From positions 434,001 through 498,000 of the forward strand of contig AP026128.1 in assembly GCA_030295235.1 (NCBI GenBank): 64,000 nucleotides of DNA. Reading direction: 5' to 3'. This document shows positions 1-14,545 of this stretch, in pieces (positions within the stretch are counted from its first letter, which is position 1; each line of letters starts with the position of its first letter). The position numbers and the translations under genes were made by a program. The notes under the pieces are model-generated. The model was not told the origin of the DNA, searched no databases, and saw only the letters and a program-made list of their open reading frames with translations. The stretch is from Fistulifera solaris. Lineage: Eukaryota.

Positions 1-1
1 G

Positions 2-103
2 CTTGCCGGCCTAGCAGAAGGTCCCATTGTCGTCGAAGTGTGTGGGGGCAGTGGAGTCAACATTGACTTGTTGACTCAATTGAAGAAAGAATTCTTGCAA
101 TAG
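2..103 (+). CDS. C-terminal end of a probable L-serine/threonine dehydratase (partial, runs off the window)
   Basis: Frame 2 reads LAGLAEGPIVVEVCGGSGVNIDLLTQLKKEFLQ*; VVxVCGGS followed by a terminal helix resembles the serine dehydratase C-terminus. Confidence 0.6.
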   Translation, partial: LAGLAEGPIVVEVCGGSGVNIDLLTQLKKEFLQ

Positions 104-651
104 TTTGTAAAAAGGTAATGCTACCCTAGAGACTTTAACTAAATTTGAGGCAAGTCATCCTGCCGGGATCAACATAGTTTGCAATTGTTGCACGTAAATA
201 ATTACGAGGGTGGCGGAGCACCATGCTCGGGCAAGATAAAAAGGGCAGTGAATACGTTTGATTTCATCAAAATTATCCGCAGCGACAACGTCGATAATGG
301 CAGGATTAAAGACTGTTCATTTATCGGTCAACAGGCGTCAAAGCAGGGTGTTTTTTTGTCCCAAGAATACTTTACCGTCACCATCCGCCATTTCCGGGAC
401 TGAATTTTGGTTGAGTCGCCACGCTTAGAACCTACACTTTACACCATAGTTCATACGCACTCTAGACGGGAAAGTAAAGACAAGACCAGCACTCGGAACT
501 CCAAACAAGACGAGAAGACGAGATGCGAGATTCATGACAACAATAACGAGAGGCATATCCGCATTGTCATTGTATTACTCGAAAGTCGATCAACTCGGAA
601 TACTATCTTACTTTTAAGCTTCTTTTCATTATCCAAACTTTCATATTGCCT

Positions 652-3600
652 ATGACTGTCGCCCCAGAACAATCCCGTGTGGAGGAATCTTCCCCCAATG
701 ATCAAGGACCCCGCGACGACGTCTCGCGCATGTCCGATGTCTCGACGACCAGTCGCGCTTCCGCCATTTCCCGTCTGTCACATGATATTGCATGTGTTCT
801 GTCTCAGTCTTTGTGTATATTGAAAGGAGAAAGTCCGATCGTCGAAGAGAATGATGAGAGTGAAATCCCGCTGCAAGTCACGACTTCCTGCGGCGGTGTC
901 GACGAAAGTCCCTTGACCGACGCGTTGAGTCCTCAGAGCGCTGAGGAGCCATTTCACAAACGCGACAACGGAACGAATGAAAATGCTGCAGAAGGAATCA
1001 ATTTTCTCAAAGATCTTCCGAACGAAATGACGTGGGGTCGACGTCTTGCTTTATTTTGTATGAAACGATATCCTTGGTATAATCCGCGTTTACGTCCGCA
1101 AAAAGAAGAACCGACTGATGAATCCCCACTTTTTGATAATCTTCCACGAGAAACCTTTCATGCGTATCCCTTTGATATCAGTCGGCGTGAGAATCCGAGC
1201 TTGGAGAAAGCGTGGGCGTACTTTGAACACGTGACGCTTTCACGGTACGTTGTTCCTCCCGAAGATCAAAACAAGACGAAGAAGAGTCTTTTGGTACGAA
1301 TCTTTCGACGGCTGTTTTGTAAAGGTGGACAACAGCTGCGACGAGCCGAGCCGGGGGAGAAAGACTTTCCCACTCGTTTGTACAAACCCATTTTTACGCC
1401 CCCATGCGCAGCTGGGAGACTTTGGTTTGGGCTTGGGAATGTACTTTTCGACGCTTCGAGCACTCACGGTGATGACACTCATCGCTGGACTACTGAATCT
1501 GCCCAATATCCTTTACTTTGTGAGTGATGACTACAATGTAGCAACGAACCAGAAGGAAAATGTCAATTCTTGGTTTGTCCAAGGATCAGCAATCTGTGTC
1601 GATACCACATGGGTACCTTGTACCGACTGCAACGGGACGCTCTCGGATTCTCGGGTCTTGCAAGCTACGAATGGGACCAAAGAAATTACTTTTGCGTTGA
1701 AAAACAACTGTGATGGTGCAATCGAACAAGTGGCTTTTATCAACTTGGCAACATTGGCTCTGATCTTCTTCGGAACGATCGGTCTCAATCTGTATCTGCG
1801 ACGGATGGAGATTATATACGATGAGGATGAACAGACAGCACAAGACTATTCTATTGTTGTTCAGAACCCTCCAGGCGATGCCACCAGTCCCGAAGAGTGG
1901 TTCAAGTTCTTTCACGAAAGTTTCGATGGGGCACACATGACTGCCTGCACGATCGCTGTGGATAACGACTTGTTGGTTCGATCGCTGGTGGAACGACGAG
2001 AACTTCTTCGTAGAATCGAGATGATGGTCGATCCTGGAACATCTCTGGATACGCTCACGCTGGCGCGAATCGCAGCGAAGGAGGCGAGAAAGCGTCGCTG
2101 GTGGGCTCGCTGGAAGGCGATGCTCGTCAAGGGGATTCCTGAATTATTTGGAAGAGTGGTTGTACTGAATGCGCTGGTGCAAGGCTTGGCTCAACAAGAA
2201 TACCCCGCAACCAAAGTCTTTTGCACTTTTGAGACAGAAGACGATCAGCGGAAAGTTCTAGCAGCCTTGAGTTATGGGGACTGGCAAGTCTCACGACAGA
2301 ACAAAGCTGCTGCAAGAGACCCCCGCCATCTATTTCGCGGTGAGCACCTTCTATCAGTACGCGAAGCGGAAGAACCGAACACGATCCGATGGCAAGACTT
2401 GAACGAGAAGCTCCGAACAATGTTGAAACAGCAAGCTCTCACAATTTTTGCGACGATATGTGCAATTCTCGCCATCGCCTTCATCATTCGTGTCACAAAT
2501 GACTCGAGTGTTGTTTTTGCGGCGATCGCTATCTCTGTATTCAACAGTGTATTTCCTGTGTTCGCGAAACTGCTAACAGGGCTAGAAGCTCATTCCTCGG
2601 AAGGCGGTAAACAGCGCAGTCTCTACTTCAAAATTGCCTTATTTCGTTGGGTGAATACTGCTATTGTCATTACAATTATTACGCCATTTACCGATACTGT
2701 TGCAAGTGGAGGATTGATTGATCAGATCTACGCTTTATTCTTTGCCGAAATTGTTACGACCAACGCCATTCAGCTGGCAGATCCTATCGGGCATATTCAG
2801 AGACACTTTTTTGCCCCTCGCGCGGCAACGCAAGACGCAATGAATATCAATATGCAAGGTCAAGTGTTCGAACTAGCTGAGCGGTATACGAACATGACAA
2901 AGATACTGTTCTTGGCATTATGGTACTCGGCCATCTATCCCGCCGCCCTTTTCCTTTGCTCATTCTCCCTTTTGGTCAACTACTTTACTGATCGATTTAG
3001 TTTGATGCGGACTTGGAGGCGACCGCCTCACCTTGGAACGAAAATCTCACAGTTCAGTCGGCGATACTTCTTTTCCCTAGCGTTGGTTGCTATGGCTCTC
3101 TTGTCGTCCTACTACTGGTCGGCATTCCCTTTCGACAACTTGTGTGTCGATGCGACGATCGCCAATAATCAATACGCTGGTCAGTGGAGTTTTATTCAAA
3201 GCGACGGCACACTAAACGGAACCCAATCCGTTCAGCTGGATGATCCTCTGTACAAGTACTGTCTGCAAGACTTCTTCCGGTACCCTAAGGAAGAGTTGTC
3301 GTTTCCCTTCATTTCCCAAATGCAACCGGAGGATAGCAAATGGATGACGGAAGAACAAGAATTGATTGCTGATATTTTCGGCTGGACATCGGTTGGTGTA
3401 CTAGGATTGATCTTCTTGTCTTTCGTATGGGGGTGGCTCAAAGCAATCGTACACTACTTTCAAGGAAACTACATTCCAGTAGGGGAGAGCCAGAACATTC
3501 CGTTCAGTGAAGTCCCCTCCATCAGCTCGTATATCCCACAAGTGGAATCATCGGTCTTTTCCTATCCTCTACTAGCCTGCAATGTGGATGGCATCGATCA

Positions 3601-3751
3601 CAAGTTGCTCGAGTGGACCGATCCTGACCGCCCTGACTACAAGTTCTATGACTTGACCAAAGACGCAGAAGCATTATTACGGGGCACGGTGATCTCTTCC
3701 AAAGTGGTTTTCTCGCATGTGGGCTACTTTCCCCCGACAAAAGCCGATTAG
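652..3751 (+). CDS. CSC1/OSCA/TMEM63-like multi-pass membrane channel (one frameshift near 1400)
   Basis: ORFs 646..1527 and 1250..3751 join at the C run near 1399-1403 (...KPIFTP-HAQLGDFG...). Many TM segments; family-like motifs AQDYSIVVQNPP, AEEPNTIRWQDL, FELAERY, YFTDRFSLMR. Confidence 0.7.
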
Positions 3752-4433
3752 AGAGATGTCGAGCTTTTGCTTGGACCGACTTCATCACTCTCGATATGCA
3801 CTTTTTCCGCGTAACGGACTAGTTTTCATTTGCCTCATAGCTTTTCTTCTTGCTTTTTGACTTAAGTTGAATTCTCATAGGCAGTGTTTTCGAAAAAGTG
3901 CGACAGCCGTCGATCTTATCCCTTTTTGTCGTGCCCTCCGTGATTCGCTGGACGAATGTCGCACTGATGCATGTGTGGTACTACTGTCTTGTCCTACAGA
4001 AGAGAACATTCTGTGCCAAAGTCCCAAGACGGGCAATAGTAGGTATGGTTTTTTTAAATACAGTTTTACTATATGCTAATTCCCGTTTCTGATGCTTGCA
4101 ACTTCGTTGGGAGTGTTCCGGTACTTGGCGACAGTCTTCAGTCATCTTTGTCCTGGGAAGTCATCGTCCTCGTTCGGTGGCGGGCGGTTCACAACTTTCT
4201 TGGGTCTTGCGTGGGACGTTTTCCTTCGCAATTTCGTGTTGCGCTCGAAAAGGACTGTGAAGCATTTCTATTATTCAGCCAAACAACCAACAACAACTCA
4301 GTTCCTTGCATTCCATCTTCTTATTACCTTTCCCTTGCGCTTCTGATCCCCCCTAATTTTGGTTTCTGCTGCAAAGAGCTGCTTCATTTTTCAACACGAA
4401 TACTTTTTATCCCCGGAGACATATTTTCACAAA

Positions 4434-5078
4434 ATGGCCGTTGTAGAAGAGTCATCGTCATATAAAGCCGAATTGGCAGATCACAGCACCAGTTCACATT
4501 GCTCTTCATCGTCCATCGTAAAAGAAACAAAAAATTTGGCGCTTAATGATACACTGACGACAAAAATAAATCCAGCCAAGAAATTAACGGCGGCCTTCCC
4601 CAAAATCCAGAACGAGCCCGACGATGAAGACGACGAAGACTTTGACGAATCCAATCACAACTTTCTTTACAATCAGTTACTGAATCCAGCGAAAGCGGGT
4701 CACCTTCATGCGCCTCCGCAGTGTATGCGCGGTGCGCTGGAACGCAAATCGTCCTCTCGTTCCTTGCAGGACCTCAGTGGGCGGTCTCTAGATTTTGATG
4801 ACGATAAAAGCTGGCATACACATTCCTCCGTGCACAGCCGGAACGACTTGGAAGACGAAAAGTCCTGGCAAAAGCTCGATTCCGTACACAGTCGCTCCAG
4901 TGTCGCTCGCAGTGCCTGCTTTGATCATTCCGGTGAACTCGATGACAGCAACTCATCGAATGACTCGGAGACAAGTTTTGCTAGCTTTGACAGTGAGGGT
5001 GAAGAAGCGGAACTATCCGCTCAAAAAGCCGCTTTCACCAATTTGTCGGACGAGTCGACCCCCGTACGGTCCTCTTGA
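4434..5078 (+). CDS. Hypothetical Ser/Asp-rich, probably disordered protein
   Basis: 214-codon ORF from an AAA-ATG start; low complexity with an internal near-repeat (DDDKSWHTHSSVHSR / EDEKSWQKLDSVHSR); no recognised domain. Confidence 0.55.
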   Translation: MAVVEESSSYKAELADHSTSSHCSSSSIVKETKNLALNDTLTTKINPAKKLTAAFPKIQNEPDDEDDEDFDESNHNFLYNQLLNPAKAGHLHAPPQCMRGALERKSSSRSLQDLSGRSLDFDDDKSWHTHSSVHSRNDLEDEKSWQKLDSVHSRSSVARSACFDHSGELDDSNSSNDSETSFASFDSEGEEAELSAQKAAFTNLSDESTPVRSS

Positions 5079-5272
5079 CCACGCAACGGATGCGCAATAC
5101 GGGTTCTTCTCTTTCGTTCATTGATGAAAAGAGCTCTTTGGAGTAAAAGCGACTGTTGCAATGGTCTTGTTCTCCACCGGGATGGGTCGTTCCGCTATGG
5201 TCTTTCTACGGTTCAGAGTACATATTTTAACAAGGCTTTTAACGCTAGAACATCATTAGCATCCTTATGGCA

Positions 5273-8200
5273 TTAATCAATCCCGTGGCGGCGCTTCGCC
5301 GAACGGCCGTCGGCTCGACGACGTTCATCCACTTTGCGTTTACGTCGCTCCTTCTCTCGTTCGTGCTTCTGAATTCGTCGTTCCGCTGATTTTGCTGGAT
5401 TGAGCACGTATTCTGCCTTGGTCTTCTCTTTGCGTTTCGCAGCCTTCTCGCTAGCCTTCGACTGAACGGTGTTCATCACGGGTATAAAGGTGGCCGATGG
5501 TATCTTCTCTTCAAAAAGTTCCCACACTTCTTGAGCCAACTGCGCGTCCGGTCGTGGCTCATTGGAAGCCGTGGATGTAGTAAAGGACCCCACCGGAAGT
5601 TCGCTATTCCTTGATTCCATGATCGAACGATTCAGTGGAGTAAGAACTAATTCCAGCAAATACGGTTTGCTGGTGAAAACCGCATCCGCCGAAGCAAACG
5701 AACCAAAGCACTTGTACACTGCTTGTCGTCTCTTGATTCCCGGCAGTTTAGCGATGTTGGAAAGACGGGTAAGTAGCCAGATGGCGGGGTGGCGCTTGGG
5801 TGCACTGTTCTTGTCATCTTCCTTCTCATCAGTCGAGTCTTCGTCGGAGAGAGCCATGACTTTATCCGAATAGCTAATGTCGGGAAAACTATCCATGGCT
5901 TGTAGGCACCACGTCAAGCAGTTCACCGTACAAGTCACGAGCTCATCGTTTTGCTCTTCTTCGGGAGCACCGAGGTGAAAGCACAAATTGCGAACCAACT
6001 GAAAAAGCGCACCCGGCCACTCCAGTAAAAACGAGGTCTTCCCATTGTCGGCAAAGGATGTTGGAGACAGCGTTTGAAGGTGACCGTAAATGATCCTCGA
6101 ACTGGCTATTTTAATCCAGGCATTTTTCTCTGTGCCTAAATTTTGAACCAAAGTTTTCCATACCGCCGTTGCTTTCGCGGCAGTATTCGGGACAGTCGCA
6201 AATAGTTTCTCTATTGCAAGTATTGCAAAGTATCTTGGTTGCCAATCATCATTGGTGGACGATACTATGCCGTGCATATGACCCACAAAGCGGTGAGCTT
6301 GATCGTCCTTTTGAGCAAGAAGCCATCTTGGTACTCAATGAATATAATGTACAGTTTTGCGGCCAATAGCTGCAATTGACCTGAGCTTTGTGACCAGCGC
6401 TGCGCATAGGTGAACAACTTTTGAACAGTTTCCGGTGTCACCCGTTGCAAAAGGCTAGAGATGCACTTTGTCAGCAGCTGTCGGCAATCTTTGTTCTCCT
6501 CGTTCCCCATCTGAAGCGCTAAGGGTAAAAATATAGTTTCAACGTGTCTTTCGACGACTGCGGAAGGAAATGCCTCAATAACGAGCAATAGCAGGCGGCA
6601 TCCAGAGAGACGCCCATCGGAATACTCGTACTGAAGGTTAAGTAGTATCTGTTGCAAGTGCTGCTCGACTCGCTCATCTGAGAGAGGATAATTGATGAGA
6701 AATGAAACCACCGCAGATGCGCTCTGTTCGCGTAAGGAAACTTTACTGCTTCTGACGGTGAGTATGAGTAGAGTCTCGGCCAAGTCATATATTTCCGGTG
6801 CTATATATCGACGGGACAGAATGGTCTTCACTAGCCCCATAGCCGGGGTGTGCTGCTCGGAATCAGCCAATGACGCCTTTAAGAAGGAAATAAGAACCTC
6901 CATTTGACTTGAGTTCAAGGGAAGATCGGGGTTGTGACTCATGTCTTCGCTGTTGCCTGCTTCCTTTTCAGAAACAAACGACAATGACTTGCCTGAAAAC
7001 TTCTTGTGAGTGAGCAAATACGTAAGCATTTTGAAGCTTGATTGCAGAAGGTCAGGATCGACGCTTGAAGACGGGCCTGCAGTAGTGAGCAGTTCGAGTG
7101 TCTTTGATGCTAATGCTTGTGAGCTATTCTGCATGGAAGGCAAGTCAACTTCAAGTAGCAAACCCAAACATTTCAGCGATAGTAAGACAATATCAGAGTC
7201 TCTACTTCGGCAGTAACAGTAACTCAGCCAGCCGACAAAAGGATCTAGCATCTCTCTAGAAATAGCGAAACTTTTTCTTTTTTTCAGCGTTGAATGAAGC
7301 ATACGTAGCCCAAAGCCCACAGCGTATGTATTCGATTTGTGGTCATCAAAGGTGGTGCTTTGAAGGTGGTTAACGTGTCTGTCGCTGCCGGTCAATTTAG
7401 GTGCACTGTATCCATCTTGAACCTGCTGGTCTTCGCGCAACCGACTCGCTTTAGCTTCTTTCGCCTCGCTTGCAGATTTCGCTGTTCCTATGCTAGTTGG
7501 GTTCCATTCGACTACCATCCCTCCTTTCAGGCTGGCATCGTTCTCCTCACTTTGATCGAAGTCAACGGCAGTGTCCTTCACGACATCTCCGACGCAACGA
7601 CCTTCCAAAAAAGGCCGCAGAGTAGCGTAAACGAAGGGTAAAACAGCCTTAGGAATAACAGTTGGGTTCCTGTTTAGACCAATCACAATTCTTGAAAGAC
7701 ATTCTTTTGCCCTTTTGACGTCGTTGTTGCTCGCATTGCGCACACGAAGTTTTTCTAGAAACGGTGTAACCAGTGCGTGAATCGATGAAATTTCTTCCGG
7801 AGAAGATGGTGTTGGGTCAAAGGTAATCATGGACGCAATCAACTCTATAGAATGATAGCTCTTCGAGCCAACAGCCTCTTGTACATACGACACGGCATTG
7901 TCTGCATCCTTTCTTTCTTGGGCAACACCAAAGAGATCTTGTTGGATCAAATCCATCAATGCGATAACTGACGAGTCAAAATGCGGTCGATCTTGTCCAA
8001 CAATAATCCCTGTTGGAACGTACACGGTTGATAGTTTAAGGATTACGGAATGCAACGCAGCCGCTCGAACATGCAGCCTGTAGCCCTCTTTCAAAGTAAG
8101 GGCCAATTCCCGAGTTATGTCGGCGAGATATTTCATGCCAATCTCGGCCGCCACCTTTGCAAGCGTTTCTCTCCCTAAATCTCTTACTTTGATGTCGCGT

Positions 8201-11200
8201 CCTTTCAGGGCATCACAAACAACAGTCAGTAGCCTGGGCACCCTCGACTCTAAGGTCTCAGAGGATAGTTTTTGAAAAGCTTTACCATCGCCAAAACGAT
8301 AGAAGGACGAAGAGTCTTGCTCTTGTTTCCCTTGCCATCAACAACATCCTTGGTCAAAAGTTCTTCCAGTTTTGGTAATATTCGATTATTGAGGGCCCGC
8401 TGAACTGCATTCTGCAATTCAGTACTATCGTTGGAATCCTTAACAGCCGTAGAGAAATGAAACGCGTCCAGAAGCGAACAAATCACCCCGATCAAATACG
8501 TTTCTTGATTGGGATGGCGTTGAAATTGATTTAAAGTAGTCCAAAGAACCTCGTTATACTTGCTCCACGATAAATGCTGTGCTAAAGCACCAACAGTAGC
8601 CACCCCTTCTAACGCAAGGGCACTATCCACTTTCGACGCGGCTTCGTATGCAGGGTGCATCGCAATTGGAAGAAGAATATGAGATAGAGACTGGGCTGTA
8701 AAGCAACATGCACCGTCATCATTTACAAGGTCTTTTCTTAGTCGTTGAAACGCTTTGGCACGACGGTGTATCTGGACGTGAGTAATTGCGAGAAAAAAGT
8801 CTAAGTCGGGCTCGTCATCCCTGATCAACTGTACCAAGTCACCGTGCAAATTAGCTGAAGATAACCCGACAGCCAAGCCAGCAAGTTCCCTGATGAGAAG
8901 AATAAAAACTTTCTCACCGCAGCATTTTGTGAAGCAACTCCCGCTCTACAGTGCGGAACAATGCAACCTTCAAGTAGTTTTTGAAATTTCTCGCACGCCG
9001 AAGTTTTCACCATATCAATCGAAATCTCAACAAGTGTTTTGAGCGCCCGAAACGATGTTCGAGCAACAACACCGTCTTCACAGTAAAGATGAAGGAAGCA
9101 GCAATTTACCACGGGAAGGATCAGAAACGGGGCGCTCCCATCGTCTGTCTTGTATAAATTATTCCACGAAACTGGGCTTTCTACGTCACTAAGGGCAGAA
9201 AGAGTCAGAATTACAGTCTCTGCATCAGTCTCGTCAACCCGCTTCTCGTTCAGTTTATTCAAGCTGACAAGAACCTCAGCAGCTGGCTTGGCAGCTTGAC
9301 ACAATCCGCTTGTTAATGACACAACTAGATGTGCCATGTTCAATCGAAGGCCTTTCGACATAGTCCCAACACCCCCTTTTGAAGGTCCAAAAACTTTAGC
9401 TAGTTCCTGATAGTGCTTTTCTGCTGTCTCCTTTGACAAAACTTCGCTAAACCGTTTCAATATCGACACGATATTCTCCTTTGCATCGTTAGAGCATCTA
9501 GAGCCATGAGAAAGATAAGGCGTAAGCAGCACACAAATTCTTTCTCCAATCTCAGTCAGCTTGTCCTGATCAGAATCAAATTCAATCAATTCGCTAACTC
9601 GGCACAAAACTTTTAACTCGCGAAACCAATAAGCCTTTCTGTTTTCCATACTGCTGTCGTTGAGTCTTGCTTGAAATCTTGTGAGCAGCATTACCGCACG
9701 CTTTTCAACAAGTGCAACTCCTTTTCGTCATCGCATAACAAGTTTTCAATAAAAGAGAGGCAGTTATCAATTGTCGAAGCACTGCTTGCTGCGTCAATGC
9801 AATCAATAACAGCTTGAATAGCATAGTCGTGGCGTTCTAACAACACAATCATATTAGACTGTGAGGAAATCGTTTTGAGAAGACCCAGCAATGCAGGTGC
9901 TTTATCTGCAATCACACCCATCCTCGGAAGAATTCGAAGCGCTTTATCTAGTGTTCTCCAAATATTCTCTGAGAAGCACAAGAAATCAATACTTTCGTAA
10001 TACGAGTGAAAAATATCGCCAAGTCGCCGATAGCAGAGAGCCCTAATTTGTCCGGTTTTTTCTATGGGTTTTGTTTCAACCTCTTCCTCGTTCCAATTAG
10101 CAAGGTCGCTTTCTTCATGATGAAGTTCAGCGTTTTGCTCAATACTGATATCTCCAATTTCGTGAAGGCTGCACACTTTTAAGACAAGAGTGACAAAAAG
10201 CGGAATGAACGGTCTAACGCCTTGGCCAAAATGGGTAATAACAGCACCCAATGTATTTAGAAAACCCTGATGCACCGGAATCGGTAAATGCTCAAATACT
10301 GAAAGCGACAACGATTCAACCTGATCTTGTAAGGCAAGAATGTCTTTCTCTTCTTGTAACCCGCTCACCAGGTTTGTTTCCCACTCTAAAACATATGGGC
10401 GTATCATGAGATTGACAAAAATAAATCGCTCCTCGAACGTCCGACACATCGAAGATAAAAAAGACATGATAGCGTTTCTTCGTGCTCCAGGAGAATCTTT
10501 AGATGATCCTGACGTTGCTTTAGCTGACAATCTTCCAAATAGAATTCGCGATAAACATGCCAAAAGGTCAGCCCTATGCTCTGTCGCAATGTTACCATCT
10601 TCATCTGCCGACCTAAGCTCGAGTAGGCCTTCTCGAAGTTTTCCTTTAGACAATAGTTTTCGAAGATTTTCAGCATATGGTGACAAAGCCGGAGGCTTAA
10701 AGCGCAGAATGCAAGACAAGGCAAGGTCTGCAATCGCGTAATCAGGATGACCCACAAGTTTCGAGTGTACCGAATAAAGTAGTTCGTGTTTAACAAGCTG
10801 CTGGGGCCCTCGCACTACCGCCAAAGCTTTTAGAATTAGCTTTAAGTGGCTCACAACGGCGTGTCGGTCAAAAGATAGCGTGCCTTTAACGACGCTGCAA
10901 CAACGGTAGTGAGCGGAAAAATTTTATCACGATGAAAAACATAGTCGTCGGTGTAACTTACTTTTTCGCTGCTACATGATCAGAAAGTTTGAGCTCTCTA
11001 GCATCAGGATCTCGCGGAGAGATGGCAAAGTACTGAAGATGCAAGAACTCTATTACCAACGGTATCAATTCTCTTGAATGCTGAATCCAAAGGTCAGGAT
11101 ACTCTTCGAAAATACCCCACAAGGATTGCAGTACGGTTAAGTTATCTGTTCTCGAGTGCCGTGACACATTACCTGTGTCTGAAGCAAATTTCGTAGTTGC

Positions 11201-13938
11201 TGAAAACAATTGAAAGTCTCGCCCTGAAGACTCATCCCACCGGCTGCAAAAGTCCAACAAAAGCATAAGGATTTGTTGCTACGGTCTCGTGCGTAACGAC
11301 CTCCGGATCCTGTTGTCTAACAGCGGGGGGAAATATTCTTACTCGACATGAAAGGACATTCCATAAAAAGGGCCAGCTGTACTTGGTGTGTACTTTAAGC
11401 AAAGCAACGAGGGCTTTTATACACGCAGACCACAAAGGAGAGAATCTAATATTGAGTACGCCCAGCATATGACTCGATGCAGCTTCTGCATAAACAATTG
11501 GCAATTTGCCGCTACGTGCTGTCACCTCAACTTTTGAGGCCAAAGAACAAATGTGCCTTTCATTTTGTAAACATAGCGTTGTTGTTTCGATCTCAAGTAG
11601 TGTATCAATGATATGACAAATCCCAACAGGACCTTTTGATGAGGCGAGACCTGTACTGGGAGCTGAGGGCTCTTCGTCAAGATCACCGGATAAATCAAGA
11701 TCAGAATGATCCACCACGAAAGGCTTCTTTGGTAAGCTAGAGAGAATCTCAAGTGAATGCTGGCGAATGAAATGGTTTTCGTGGTGCAAGTTGGGAATAA
11801 GTAGTTCAAAAAGCAGTTCGGTGTTGGGAGACAAGGTATGGCCACATTCCTTGCCAGCGCGTACAAGAGATGATACGGCCTTCAAAGTGAGCAATGATCT
11901 GGGATGGCACTTCAAACAATCAAAAATAATTTTATTGATACGGTCAAGAGCGGCTTTTACGGTTGTCGGCTTCCCCAGAAGACAACATGCTTGGTATGAA
12001 AGGCAACCAAAAGCTTCTATTGTCAAGTTCAAGATTTGATTCGGGTGCTGCGATCCAACCGCTCGCTGGGAAGCTTTCTCGATATTCAGCGTAAGCCAAT
12101 CGGCAACATATTTATACGATGCAAAACTTTCCGATTTTTGGGTGGCCGATTCTGGAACGAGACAAACGAAGCAGGAGGTCTGAGCAGCAATCGCTGCCTC
12201 AACGCATTCTTTTTCGGAAAGCCCTTCTTCGATCCTGGCATTCATAAAAACATTTAGGAGTTGTTGCTTGTCGTCGGATGATAAATAGCAAAACTGAGCG
12301 TTTTCCAAGAAAAGGTATCGATCGTCGTCGTAGTACATTTCGTCATCTATCTTGCATCGTGTAGTCAACAACGAGTGAACCATGGCCAAAGCCATTTTCG
12401 CATTAGACTTTGACACTCTTGTTGCAGCAGATAAAACGAGGCTCCCGATCTGCGGCATCGCAACCTCTCGGGGCAACTCAGATATCAAATCCCTAACAAT
12501 CACCCCCAACGGCGAGTCTTCTGTTGGATACGTTCCAAAGCTACACGACTCAACTAGAACCTCGCACAATTGCTTCCCAATACCGTCTCTATGACAAGAG
12601 TCCGGGGCCATTTTCCACACGTCACAAAGCAGCCGAATAGCTGCTTTTTGATTAACGAGCGGAAGGACGGTAAAGAATTGATTTGCTAGAAAAAGATCTA
12701 GCAGGCTGATCAATTGTTCCATTAAAGACTTTTCTTCTCGACCGATGTCACCCCGTTTCATCCGTGCCTGTACTAACTCACTAACAAGCTCAGTGACATG
12801 TAAAAGAGCGGGGAACTTATTGAGTTCTTTCAGATTTTCAGTACAAAGGGCTTTCGCCACACGGACGACATCAAGAACAAGCTGTCGAGCCTCTTCGCCT
12901 TTTAAATGCGTAAATAATTTGTTGAGAAACGCGGAAATGACGCTCTTGAGCAGATCCAGATTGCCTTTGACCATCGTCCCTCCCACACAATCCAGTGCGC
13001 ACTTAATAACCACGTTTCCTTTTGAATGTAGCTTCCCCGAAGTTCCTCGACAAACTTGAAATAAAAGCTGGGAAATACCATCAATCGCGTCTTCCTGTAA
13101 TCGTTTCGCCGCTTCCGTTCGAGGTTTGTCGGCAGCGGCCAGCGCTTTCAAAACCCTTTTTAGATGCCGTTTCCTCGCCGAATCCGATTTAAGCTTTCGT
13201 ATCAAAGGAGCAAAGGTTTCGGCCGATAAACGACGGATTAATTCGCGACGGTGGGCCAACGTCCGACCGTAATACTGCCGCATCTGTTCCAAGCAGGGTT
13301 CGTCCCCGTCACTGACGATCGACTCGCAGTCGTATCGAAAAATGTAGGATAACGTGCGAAAGACAGCCTCGACCACCGTGACATCCATAGGACGTTGCTG
13401 TTGATCTTTCGATGGACAAAGCAGATCATCCAAGAAACGTGGCAATATTTTTGGTATGGAGGAACTTGTGTATTTCGTGCCGCATATCCCTAGCAAACAC
13501 CGCATAGAGGTGTAAAATATCGGTGGTAGCGTGGTTGATTGAGAAAGATCGAGCCTCTTCCCCGTCGTCATCTGGAGAAAGTAGATATTTGTTCAGTATA
13601 TCAACGATAGCTTCTGCATGATGCAATACCTCGGGAAGCGATCGGACCAAATGCCATATCTCGCGATAAAATCTACCGAACACTTCCGACGCATTCCTAT
13701 CCATGGCAATATCCAACTCTTCCGCCAAAGTGGATGCAGAGTCTTCTGTACCTTTTTCATCGTCCTTTCGTTTCGAATGAACCTGTTCCTCCCGAACGGC
13801 GGCCGTCGTCACGCCATATTTTCGTTTGTAGTTTCGGTAAATATCCGCGGAAGCACTTTTGGCGCGTTTACGGGATGAAGCGAACCGGAGACGCGTCTTG
13901 GAACGCCCGTCCTGATTGAATGTCTTGGTTGTTTCCAT
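5273..13938 (-). CDS. UTP20: U3 snoRNP / SSU processome component UTP20 (HEAT-repeat protein), split by several frameshifts and at least one intron
   Basis: Chain of consecutive minus-strand ORFs totalling about 2800 aa; motifs HVQIHRRAKA, LKEGYRLHV, LLNLQYEYSDGRLS and basic C-terminal NPAKSAERRIQKH. Probable intron about 10895-10961 (gtaag...gcag). Confidence 0.85.
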
Positions 13939-14545
13939 TTCTTGTTTCAATATTGATGTATTTGTGATTGATTCCAGGAAGGATTCCAAAAAGGAAATAA
14001 TGTGAGAAGCAGATCAAAAGAAAAAAGCTTTGGGTGGTGACAATAATTGCGATAAGTTATCGGTTGACGACAGACGCAGATCCTTATTCTTAGTAGTTCT
14101 CAATAAATCACGAATGAATAGTCTCTTCCCTCGCGGATACCAGGTAGCGGCGGCAAACAAGCTATCGAGCATATCACTTTGACCCAATCTCTAGGTTGAC
14201 AAAGATACAACAAATGCCTACATTGATTGTCTATTAGTGGCGTGGCTACCGAGAAAATAGCGAAGATCCCAACAACTTACAGAGAGAGGAGACTTTAATC
14301 TCCTTCACATCCACTTACGGCGTAGCTGACAAAATTTCACTGCTACAAATAATGAGACAACTAGACTTGCTTAGCTCATCGTTTATAAAAGCGCTGCTTT
14401 TTGTATTCATTACCTTCTCATTGTCATTGCAACGAAGTGTTTCTTCTTTACATCGATTCCGCATGTCATAGTATGTACGAGTTCGATGCTCGTGTACATG
14501 CACACACCATCTTTTTGTTTGTCGATCGCTCTAGTCATAAACGAT